Source of the DNA: Octopus vulgaris
Lineage: Eukaryota
Assembly: GCA_951406725.2 (NCBI GenBank)
Contig: OX597814.1
Location: 49,228,001-49,292,000 of the forward strand
Direction of reading: 5' to 3'
Length of the DNA stretch: 64,000 nucleotides
Positions 38,901 to 52,065 of the stretch are shown here, piece by piece. Under the pieces are notes generated by a model. That model was not told where the DNA came from, made no database searches, and saw only the letters and a list, made by a program, of their open reading frames with translations. The position numbers and the translations under genes are program-made. Each line of letters starts with the position of its first letter. Within the stretch, counting starts at the first letter, position 1.

Positions 38901-41900
38901 AGTTTTACTCCTCACCGTCAGATGGCATCGAGTTAGGGTTCCGATCAGCTGATATTAGTAAACGTGTGTCATGGATCGCAGCCTAACAATTTATGGTAGA
39001 TTGCTTTGATTTTTACGATAATTCGTATTTTAAAGTAATAATACCGGTAATAATAATAATAATAATACTATCAATAAAATAATGATGCATGAGTACGGAA
39101 AATATCATTAAGGCATTAGCATAGGTAGAAATACTTATCGTAAGCTAGGTTAGTGAGCATCTGGGAGAAGATTAGCCTACGGGAGGGTCTTGACTTCGCA
39201 TATTAGACGCAGGGCGATTTTTTGAGCCAAATTTTTTAGAAAAAAGTGCGTCCTATATGCCATCAAATACGGTACTTCTTTTTACAGTTCAGTATTTGAC
39301 AGATGTGACTGTGGAAACTCTGCCAAATGTAAGAATTTACCTGACACTATGCCTTGCTGCTCATATCACTTAGCTCCTAATTTTCACACCGTCTGTCACT
39401 CTCTTCACATCTTACCTCTTTAAACACTTCAGAATAATGTGATTTGACAGATCTATGGTGACATGTCACTCAAAAATCTGGAAGTTGTTTATTGGTTCAA
39501 TTTTTGCTGATGACATTATTCAATCTGCCAAAATTATGGTTGTTAATTGCAAACAAATCCTGGGTTTGAATCAAAGTGAAGACCTGCTACAATTGCATCT
39601 ACTTCTAATCAATATATCTAGAGAGAAAGCCAGTCAGAACATTCTGTTAAAAAGATGCTGCTCATAAATTTAAAAAGTGAGGAACAGCTGGTGAGAAGGA
39701 GAGATCTTGGTGATCAATAGTTTTTCATTGAAAAGTATAGGTCCAACAGAATCCTATTGTTCATTTAGAAGATAATATTAACAAACCTAAAGATCTCTAT
39801 GGTTCATACTGAATTTAGATTTCTGTACTACTGAGTAAGAATGTGACAAATCTTCCTATTTGACAGTGTGCTATTCTATATTTGATAACTTATTTGGAAT
39901 TGTTGCTGTCTATACTTTGCTGCTATATAAACTTAAGTGCATAGAATACAATAATCTTTCCAAAACAGAAGGAAATGCCTACAGTAGATTTGAACTTATA
40001 ACCAATTAGTTCATAATTCTTAGTCAATCATTTTAATTGTTGCTTAATTTGCTTAATCATTACTTCTTTCTTGTAATTGTTTAAACATAATGTGTCAGGG
40101 TTGTTTCTTTGCTGCAATGTAAGAACTGGTTCCAGCACTTGACTGGTACTTTACTTTATTGAACCCCACCCAGAAGGATAAAAGTCAAAGCTGACTTTGG
40201 CAGGATTTGAACTCAGAATGAATGGGTCATAATTAAATACTATAGGCATGTGTGACATCCTAATGATTCTACCACTATTCTAAAGCATTATTCTACTGAG
40301 GTTGACTTTGCTTTTCATCCCTTTGGGGTTGATAAAATAAGTACCAGTTGAGCACTGGGGTTGATGTAATCGACTTAACCCTTCCGCCGAAATTGCTGGC
40401 CTTGTGCCAAAATTTGAAACCAATATTCTAAAGCATTCATTGTCAAAACATTTTACTCTAGAAGTTGTAATTCTCCTCACAGAAAATAGCAATTCCAACT
40501 GAGAAAGGCACCCAGACTTGCACTGAAACATTTAAATGAATAATCATATAAATATCTATATTTGCAGATCTGCATGACATGGAAAAAACTGAAGTAAAAG
40601 TGTTCTTTATTTATATTTTATTGTTTTTATCATATATTTTCAGGTGATCATGTAAAAGTCCCCAAAAGAAACATCAGTATACCTCATGAGCATTTTAATT
40701 CAAGTACATCTAACCATAATTACCACAGTAGACATAAACGATCTGACTCTTTAGAAAGATATATAGAATTGATGGTTGTAGCAGATCCAGAAATGTGGAG
40801 GTACCATGGAGATGACTTAGAACATTATGTATTCACATTGTTGGCCATGGTAAGAACTTCTATAAATATTATAAAAGTTATATTATAGAATTAGAATGAG
40901 CAGTTGTTATAACATTGAAATACTTGCTAAAGAGTTGACTGTTTATGTCCTTGACAAAGACACTGATCTTAATTGCACAATTTTCTCTTCCTATATTAAT
41001 TTTTATTTGAAATTATTTAACTTCCTCTAAAAAGCCAAGAAGATCACATTTTCCATCTTCCTTTTTCCAGAGTTCAATAGTACTAAGTCCAGTAAACATC
41101 AAATAATGTTTATTCTGATTATAAAAAGCCAAAATAACAGGTTTAGATTTGCTTGGGGTAATTATTTGCATACAGACTGCACGTACAGACACTTACCTAA
41201 ACAGAAATCTTACATGCATGTAACAGTTGTATTGTAATGTTTTATGGGGTAATGTTTAATATTTTTTAAATTTCATTTATTGATTGTTAAAATCTGTTTT
41301 ATTCTTGACTATTTTTCAGGTCACTAACATATATAAACATCCATCTATAAAAAATTATCTTAACTTAGTTGTTGTCAAATTTTTAGTCCTTAAAGGTAAT
41401 GAGGTAAGTCCATTTTATTTATTTGGAAGCTGTTAACATTTTGATATAAATCCTTTAATTTGAAAAGTTCATTTCACCTTCACATTCACATGCAGATTAC
41501 TATATTTTGATTCTTTTAACTATTTTATTTAAACTTTTACTCACAAATATTTATTGAATTAATAAAAAATTTGTATGTAAATTGAGGTTGAAATATAAAA
41601 TGTCAGTGCCTTTCTTTTAGAGATAGAGTAATATGGATTTTTCAGGTTATTATAATGAATAAAACCATATTATTTAAAGAACAAATGGATCTTAGTCAGA
41701 ATCTCCAACCATCAGTTTTCAGTTGTTCAATCAACAGAACTACTCAGATCATTGAATCAGCATGTGGTTGAGTATCCATGCACATGCATATCCTTAATAT
41801 AATTCTATCTTGATCAGCATGACACAATATGAGACAAGGCTGAGTCTTGGAATTACTGATACAATCCATCCAATGAGCTTGCCCAACACATCACACAGTG

Positions 41901-44900
41901 AAATTGAACCTGGGACACCTCTTGATTGGAAAGTGAACTTAACCTTTCAGAAATACTGTGCCTGCAAAGAATAAAAATAAGCATATTAACACAAATTTTG
42001 ATTATCAGTAGATGTGTGGATAGCTGATAAACAGAATGCAGCAGAACATGTTTCTAAAGTTGTAGTTCTTCAATAAAGGGTCATATTAAATACAACTGAA
42101 GGCTATTCCCCAATGAAAAGCTCTATCTGAACTATGAGATAAAATAAACTCTTTCCAGTGCTTAGAAGGTTCCATGATAGAGATCTCCTGTTCCCTAAGT
42201 GATTTAATCAGCAGTGAAGGAGGGTGCTCTGAAAACATAGCAGCTAGAATAATAACAGTTCGGAAAAAGCTCAGGAAGCTATTATCTCTGTTCACAACAG
42301 AGAGATTCTCTCTTAGGGAGTGAAGAGTAGATTGTACAATGCATGTATACAAACTGTGATGCTCCCTAGTAGTGAGATGTGAGCACTGAATACAGAGAAT
42401 CTGTGAAGGTTGGAAAGAAATAAAATAAGCATGCACTACTGGATGATCCAATGTAGTTTGCTAAGCAATCACGCACAGATGGGCTGTGGGAAAGATTGGG
42501 TATAAGATGGTGATGTGCAAGATAGGAGATTATACAGGTAATGATATGTCATGAATATGGATGATGACTGCTGAATAAAAGAAATACTAGGAGATCCCTG
42601 TGGAATTGTGAGATCAAGGAAGATGTGGACAGAGGTGGTGAGAGATGATCTCAGAATGTTGAGCTTTACAAAGCAGATGGAAAAGGAAAGCAATAACTGA
42701 TGGAACAATATGTTGTCAAGGATCTGTCCAATCCATGCAATCTTGGAAAAAAGCAATTATAAATATAAGGAGCACACACACATGCATATACATATATAGT
42801 ATAGCATATAGTTTCAATGAAATACAGTTTGTAAGTTTATATATTAAAATTTGTGGTTTCTATTTTAAAATTTCATTATTGCTATGTGAGCAACATTAAA
42901 TCTCATCTTCTAGTTGATATTGAAATTACTTTCTTTCCTCTCAAATCTAAACATAATAATATACTAAAAACCTTATATTAAAAGTATTTTGTTCCAAACA
43001 ACTTACTACACACTTCAATCACTTGATTTGTTAGTGATTTTCTTGTTATACAATATTCTTTCAACAAGGAGCCTATGCCTTAACTGCATCCCATTACTAA
43101 ATAAAGAATCAATGTTATTATATAGTTTTCTGTTTGATTGTAAATTTCTTATAACTTAAGTAGAATTTCTTTACATTTCTATCAGAACAGTAGCTTCTTT
43201 TATACTCAGGTAAGCTGAGAACATACCTCATTCAAAAGAAACTGCTGTCTACAGCAGCTTCTACCTCTATATAAGGTTTTTGTTTTTTTTCAGTGAGAAT
43301 TGACTTTTCAGTCACTTACATTGAATCCAGAAAACAATTCTAAATTTTTATTATTTTTTTTATTTTAGGAAAATCTAGAAATTACATCAAATGCAGTAAA
43401 AACATTACAACAATTTTGTAAATGGCAATACAAGCTAAATATTGAAGATGATGCCAATGAACATCATGATGCTGCAATACTTCTGACAAGGTATGTTTGT
43501 ACAACGTATTTATCACTGCAATCTCTGATGTTTTGTGCAGCACTTGAAACTTGAGGTATTTTGTAGAACTGATTTCATGTAGTCTGGAAATCGTTTCACC
43601 TCTTCAAAATGTAGGTGGAGTATATCTGAGACATGAGATGGTTATCTGTTAAACTGTTTCTATCATTATAGAAGTAATGATGCCAATGTTCTAGAAATCC
43701 TCCAAGGTTAAAATAGAACAAAGATTTGAACTCTTGGAATTATGAGTCAAAAGCTGTTAAAAATAAAGCTTTATTTTTTTCTTCTTTTAAATGGTAGATA
43801 GTAACTTTTGTTCAGTTTCCTAAATTTTGTTTTCCACTACTTGCCTTCTAAAATATAAAATATTCAGGCAACAACATAGGATGAGAAGAAAAGTTTGGTT
43901 TATATTACACAGATGAAATTTCTTGTTTGAGATTTCTATATTTAAAGATTTTTGTTTTTGATTCTCACCATGAAGCTTTATAATATATATAATTGTTTCT
44001 GTAATATTCTGCCCATATCAAATATTTAAAAATATTTTTCCATTCACTAATGTAAGAACATGTAGAATAAAGTTTTTCTTATGCGCATAACTATACCCCT
44101 ATTGTATCAGATGTCAGAGTACAAAATTCTTGATTATACAGTTCTTTATCATTTCTCTGGATCAGAACTGTATCCGGTAGTATTATATTCTGAAATACAA
44201 TATTTCTTAACAAATTCTTCATCCCTTCTTTGTCCAAACTTTTTCAAATAGTAAGAAACTTAACAAACAAGAATTTTTTGACGAAATATTTTAAATCTAG
44301 CCATCAACTACCCTTTTGCTTTGTTACATATAATGAAAATATAATTTTCACACACCCACTCATGTTTTTGCCCAGAACTTCATATCAATTTATTACATTT
44401 TGTAAAGTGAAGACAATGTAAAGTCAAGAGGACCCTTTACAGTTGCCAAGAACATGAGAACCTCTCCAGAGTTGATGCAATAAAATGCACTCAGTACTTC
44501 ATTGTGTTGAGTGGTTTGTGTTAGGAAGGGCATTCAGTCCAGGACAGAACAGACTCTAGATTCAAATGTGATGATTGACAATAAGCCAGTCAAATGGGTC
44601 AGGTCATTTAAATATCTTGGAAGTGCAGTAAACTTTAAGAGTACTCTTGATGATGAAATCAATGTCAGAATATGTAAGGCATTTGAAAACTTCTCCAACA
44701 TTTGTGGGATGAACATGGTGTCAGTTTGAAAACTAAAATAAATGTATACAAATCTTGTTTTTTGAGCACCCTTTTGTATGGGGCAGAAGTATGGACTCCC
44801 TACTACAGACATATAAAGAAACTTGAAACCTTTCACATGTACTGTCTGCACAATATCTGCAACATGAAATGGCAAGATAAGATGTCAAATATCAAAATCT

Positions 44901-47900
44901 TAGAAAAATGTGTTATCTCCAGTATCAAAAGCATACTGCTGAGAATTCAGTGCAGGTGGGTAGGGAGTGTTGTTTGAATGAAAGATGATCACATTCCAAA
45001 AATTCTTTTGTATGGCCAACAAGTAGAGGGATATTGTGGTAAAGAAAGACCTGTCCTTAAGTATAAGGATAAGTGGAAGCAATCACTAAAATTTCTACAG
45101 CTTAACTTGACATCTTGGGAAAGTCCTTGTCCAGATCGATCTGCATGGCATGAAATGTGTCATGATGCATCAAAACAATTTGAGTTAAAGAAACAGAACA
45201 ATAAAAGAATTATATCTTGCAATCAGCAAATAAATTTGTCCAATCTCAGGCAAAATCAGAATCATCAGTGTTCCCATTGTGACTTCATAGCAAAATCCAT
45301 ACCTGGACTCAAATTACATTCATGCATCCATTGCAAATAGATGCAGCTTCTTTTATTTTTAAAACCTTTATTTTTCTTTCTTAAATCCTCTCCTTCAATT
45401 ATTCATACATCAAAATTGCCAGGAGTGACCATCATTATTATGATCATAGTTGAGGGAGAGAAAAAAATAGAATTCAATGGATATAGTCTGAAGATTTAGT
45501 ATAAGGAGAGTATTTATCAGTTTTTATGATTGCTACCAAATATAGGACCAGTATTCTTTGTGGTGTTTATTTCTCTTTCTTTTACATGTTTCCTCTTTAT
45601 AGGAGTAAAGTATATTATAGAACATTTTATTTATTTTTAAGTATTGTTGTAGTAAGCAAGGATAAAAGTTATCAAGCATTTTTTCTAGATACTACAGCCA
45701 CTAAACAATATGTATATGAATGAGATAGCTTGTAGTAAAATTTTCACATACTATTCATATTATTTAACATCTGCTCATAATAATAAAGCAATGTCAAAAA
45801 GTGCAAGCATGCCTGTTTCATTGTAAATAGAATTTTGCTCTGTTGACCTCACTAGTGAAATTAACTTGAATTATGCATTTTTTTTTAATATAATAAAGGC
45901 AAGGCTGCTTAATGACTAACTCCATCCTGCTGACAATGAAACACACATTATCATGTTAGAACATTAAATCTAAAGGGGAACTAAAAGTATTCAATTATTT
46001 TTGCATGAGTCCCTTAGAAAATTCAGTTACTATATTTCATAAGTGTCTATTTTACCAGTTGCTAACTTCCTATAGCTGCTCCTCATTTTCAAAGATGAAT
46101 GATGAATAAGCTCATACTTGTTTTGTAGAAGTTAACTATATTTTGTCTTCTTTTCCTTTCTTCTGCCTCTCTCTCTCTCTCTCTCTTTTGGTGTGTCTTC
46201 CACTTGATAAAAGTGACTACTTTTCATCATCAGTATTGTTGATATCATCATCACCCACCTGTTTAATATCCGGTGTTTTTTTTTTTTTGGCGGGGGGAGG
46301 TCAAATCTGAAAAAATTTGGTAAACCACAACAGATTTTGAGAGCAGTTAAGCTAATTCAAACTTATGGAAGAAAGTTTCTTGTACCACTGGCTGGACAAC
46401 TGAACCAAAAAGCTGTACTTTTTAATGTTTCACAAACATTGCTTTATACTCCTGAGAAAAAAAAAGATCATTTATTAAATGATTAGGTATCATTATGGAT
46501 GTTACTTCCAATGTGTATTAAAGCAAATGTTGGAAATTTCATAATCATCAACAGGCATTGCTGTGTGGTTGAAATTTTTACTTCTGGACCACATAGCTTT
46601 GAGCTCAGTCACACTGTGTGACACCTCTTGGGTCACATGGTGGGACTTCTCTTGCAGCCCCTGGTTAACTTAAAGCCTTATGAGTGAATATAGCTGATAG
46701 AAACTAAAAGAAGCTTGTGGTGTGTGTGTGTCCTTACCATTACAAGCAGTGTCATTTGTTTCCAGTCTTCAGTGGAAAGCATGTCGCACCATAAGGAAAT
46801 ATTACTTTGCTTGAAAACAAGTGAGGTGCTGACAACAGGAAGGGCATCCAGGTGTAGATAATCTGCTTCAATGAATTTTGCTTAATCTGTGCAAGACGGA
46901 AAAGTGGACATTAAAACTATGACGATGATGACAATGACAGGTGATGATGGCAACAATGATGATGATGATGATGAAAGCAATGATGGCAACAATCTATATT
47001 ACAATGGATAGAAGAAATAAACACATAAAAACTGTTAAATAATTTGTATGTCATTTGGGTTGTTATATTTCAAATAATGCGAATATATTACAATTCTTGA
47101 TTTTAGGAAAAACATGTGCAGGTCAGAGAACAATTGTGAAACGTTAGGTAAGTTCTATCTCTTATTAAGCTTAACCCTTTCTTTTAGTATGCCAAGTTTA
47201 CTTATTTAAAAAATGTTAAAAGCTTATTATCTTATTTTCCATATTACTTAAATATAGCGATGTACTTGCATAGCAAGTGACCTGATCTGAGATCGTGTGC
47301 TGAAATGAAAACAATTGCAGCGGGGAAGGTGTTTATAAGCCATTTAAGAAACACACAAAAACCGTTAGCTTCACTTCAACATTTAAATTTAATTTGTCAA
47401 AATATTTTCGTCACTTTGAGACCGCAACCAGTTCACTGACAAAATTCCATGCTGTTTACTTAAATATAATTAACATGAAATTACTAGTGTTACTCTTTGA
47501 ATTATTTTCCGGGTCTCCCATTGCTTACAGTTCTTATCTGCAGTGGATAATGGTAGCACCACCATTGTTTATACTGGATAGTTATAAACTACTATTTCTT
47601 GCTAACCAAGTGATGCCATTATCTATCAAAGTATATATTTTTTTGTTTTATGTAACTTCAGTCTTACTTATAGAAAATGAAGAAAGTGAGAGTTAAAAAG
47701 ATATATCTGAAATAATGCTGACATTTCACTAACTCTATGTCAAGTATTATGAATTGCTTATATACTTAACGAGAGAGATGAGCACACAATATTAAAAGAA
47801 ACATGACACAAGCAAATCCAAAGACACAGTGTCTGGTTATACTTCAATCATCATCATCAAAGTTTAACGTCCGTTTTCCATGCTAGCATGGGTTGGACGG

Positions 47901-50900
47901 TTCTACTGGGGTCTGGGAAGCCAGGAGGCTGCACCAGGCTCCAGTCTGATCTGGCAGTGTTTCTACAGATGGATGCCCTTCCTAACGTCAACCACTCCAT
48001 GAGTGTAGCGGGTGCTTTTTACATGCCACTGGCATGGACGCCAGTCAAGGTGATGCTGGCATCAGCCACGTTCGGATGGCGATTTTTATGTGCCACTGGC
48101 ATGGGTATCACGACTACAATTTCCATTTGATTATTATTTTGACGTTGATGTATTTGACTCAATAGGTTTCCTCAATCACAGCAGGTTGCCCTACGATCCA
48201 AGGAAAGCACAGCAGGCCGTCATGCAAGCCATGAACTCACTTCATTTGTCGGGTCTTCACAGTCACAGCATATCTCTAGAGGTCTCGGTCTTTCATCATT
48301 GCCTCTGTGAGGCCCAACATTTGAAGGTCATGCTTGACCACCTCATCCCATGCCTTTCTGGGTCTACCTCTACCCCAGATTCCTCCAATTGTTTGGGAGT
48401 AGCACTTCTTCACACATTTCTCCTCATCCATCCATAGTACATGACCATACCAATGCAAACGTCTCTCTTGCACACCACATCCGATGCTTCTTATGTCCAA
48501 CATTTCTCTCAGGACACTTACACTCTGTCATGTGTGCACACTGACGTTACACATCCAGTGGATCATGCTAGCTTCGTTTCTTTCGAGCCTATGCATGTCC
48601 TCTGCAGTCACGGCCCATGTTTCACTGCCGTGAAGCATGGCAGTTCACACACATGCATCGTACAATCTACCTTTCACTCTGAGTGAGAGAACCTTTGTCA
48701 CCAGTAGGTGTAGAAGCTTTCTAAACTTTACCCAGGCTATTCTTATTCTGGTGGTAACACTCTCTGAGCATCCATCCCACTACTAACTTGGTCACCTAGG
48801 TAGCGGAAGCACATAAAAGTTACCTTCTTGGTTAATTTTCCTTTGATGTTGCTGCACCTCTTATGTGTCCATAGCTTACACTAGGTACATCTTATGGAGT
48901 TTCTACCTACACTTTTTCTACAGATCAGGCAGGGCCACCTACCTGAGTGGGTGTGTGATGAGTTCACCTTCCTACTTATTAGAACTTTGGTCTTTGCTAC
49001 ATTGACTCTTTTGATTCTAAACCTAGGTTCCACACCCGAAATTTCTTTTCTAATTCTGGTAGTGATTCTAAATGTTAATAATAATCCTTACTACTATAGG
49101 CATAGGTACAAGGCCTGAAAAAATGTGGAGGGTTGGGGTGGGAGTTATAAGGTAGGTGGGGCTAATCAATTACATCAACCTCAGTGCTCAACTGGTACTT
49201 TTTTTTATTGGCCCTGAAAGGATGAAAGGCAAAATTGACCTTGGCAGAATGTGAATTCTAACATGAAGCTGGAAGAAATGTTATGAAACATTTTGTCTGG
49301 CATGCTAATAACTTGCCATCATAGTGTTAATGATATATACATACATATATGTATATACATATGTTACAGAGGCCTATTGAAAGAAAAGTTGAGCATAAGA
49401 GGAAATAGCTGCAGCTTGCAAGAGAGAAGACTGCACTGGTTTGGTCATGTGATGCATATGGATGTAGACAATTGCATACAGAAGTGCCAATCACTTAAAG
49501 TGGATAGAACTTGTGGAAGAGGGAGACCCAGGAAGACATGAGATGAAGTATTGAAGGCCGATCTCAAAACACTGAGTCTTCTGAAGGAGATGACAAAGGA
49601 CAAGATATCTGGTGTTTTGTTGTACTCAAGAAGACTTGCCTGCCACTGTGGAATTGATAATGATGCTGGTGCCACATAAAAAGCACTGGTACTGGTGCCA
49701 TTTTAAAAGCATTGGTGCTGGTGTCACATAAAAAGCACCCATTACACTTTGTGGAATGGTTGGTATTAGGAAGAGCATCCAGCCATAGAAACCATGCCAG
49801 AATAGATAATGGAGCCTTGTGTGATCTCTGGCCTCACCATCTTTGGTCAAGCCATCCAACCCATGCCAGCAATGAAAAAGGAGGTTAAATGATGATGATG
49901 ATGACGACGACGATAGGCATAGGTATGACTATGTGGTTAAGAAGCTTGCTTCCCAACCACATGTTCCAGCATCAGTCCCACTGCATGACACCTTGGACAA
50001 GTCTTATCTACAGCAGTCCCAAGCTGTAGAGAGTTTGTTGGACATAGTGTGAGATGACTGTTATTATCATTAGGCCTAACTCTTTGTAAAGTAAATACCA
50101 CCATGACTGATATCCATACTAGAGTGGAAAAGGCTAGCCACTGGATTTGGTTAAAAAGAGACGAGGAGCGATGGCTAGAAGAATATTGAGCTTTATTTTG
50201 ATAACCAGTTGATCTAGCAAGTGGGACCTATCAGTGAGAGGAGCTGGTGTGCATTGATGCTGTCGAGGTAGGCCCCAAAGCAGCACACATTCTTTCCTGA
50301 TGACCCCATACACTTGCTGGCTTTCAGTATTCAGAGCCCTCGACTGGTAGCGCTTGCATGTGAAAGTTGTTTGCAAAACATCTACTCATCTCCATGTGAC
50401 AATGTAAACAACTTGAAGGTAATAGGACCCAAAGTTTAGCTAAGCAGGTTTTATGTGTGATACAAGCTGTGTAACAAACATTGTTTTAGCTATGAAACTT
50501 TTGTAGTCATTATTTACCTTTTCTATTCTTTACATTCTTAGATTTTTACTCACGTATTAAGCAACTTTAGTTGCTAAACTGGTAATTGTACGGTGACTGT
50601 CAGCTTATCAAAATTTCCTTTGATTTCAATATGTGATGAAGCATATAACAATGATAAATATACTCTCTTCATCCTATGTTGTCCACTTTTTGTAATCTAT
50701 ACTTACTGTATACAACATTATACATTGGTAGCAATTAAGCCACAGAAACAGTAGACTGAATGCCTTTAGTATTTAGAATTTTCTGTTTATACTTTGGGAT
50801 TGTAATATGGTGACTTTTACCTTTCATAATCCCAGGACCCAGGATCAATAAAATAAGCATTAGTTAATTTTATCAATAGACCTTCATTTAAAATTTTGTG

Positions 50901-51549
50901 TTTCTTTGTCAAATAAATAAATAAATGCTGTTAAAAAGCAAAATTACTGCTTAGTAAAGAAAAGTACTGAACTTTGAAGATTCCACTGTCTGTACCATTT
51001 TCCTCCAACCCACAATTATTTTACGAATCACACTTTTAATAATCTTTTATGTAGGTTTGGCTGAACTTGGGACTATGTGTGATATGAAAAGAAACTGTGC
51101 TATTATTCAGGATAATGGTCTTGGTTCAGCTTATACTATTGCCCATGAGTTGGGGCACTTGTAAGTATTGGCTTTCAATTCAGCTTACATTATTAAAAAT
51201 CATGAACAGGTAACTATTCTTTTAAAGTAAGGAAATATATGTTGTTATTATTATTATTATTATTGATTTTTGTCTGTTAGATACATGTGATTAAGTTTAT
51301 AAAACAATTTAAAATTTCCATGTAACTAATCTTATTTCTTATTTGTGTGTGGGTGGGGAGGGTGACTTAAGCAGAAAAACAGAATTCAAAAATATGAATA
51401 TATATATATTTTTAGTTAATCAGCAGAAGTTACAAATTGACTGAAAGGTTGAGAGTTTCATGCATTGGCACTTATCACAAAACCTTCAGTATGGAACTCT
51501 CAGCCCTTGAGTTACTTTGTAACTTCTGCCAATTAAAGTGTATATGTGT

Positions 51550-51625
<76 letters not shown>

Positions 51626-51649
51626 GTGTGTGTATATATATATATGTGT

Positions 51650-51708
<59 letters not shown>

Positions 51709-52033
51709 TATATATATACATATACACACACATGCACACACACAGACACAAAAGTTGGCTTCTCCAATACCGGTACCATGACAATGGGTTGGTGAATAGA
51801 GACAATGTAATATGTCTCTGTTGAGAACATGCTAATCTCTTTAGTGTTGGTAACACGATAAAATGTGCAGTGAAACTTGGTCCCCTGACCCAATTAGGAG
51901 GGCAGTAATTCTGAATAAGAACTGATTCAGATAGTGATGACCCCTCAAACTTGTGCTGGTATGGAAAGTGGATATAAAATGATGATGATGGTTGACGATG
52001 ACATGCAAGCATGAAAAAGTAGATGTTAAAACA

Positions 52034-52065
<32 letters not shown>

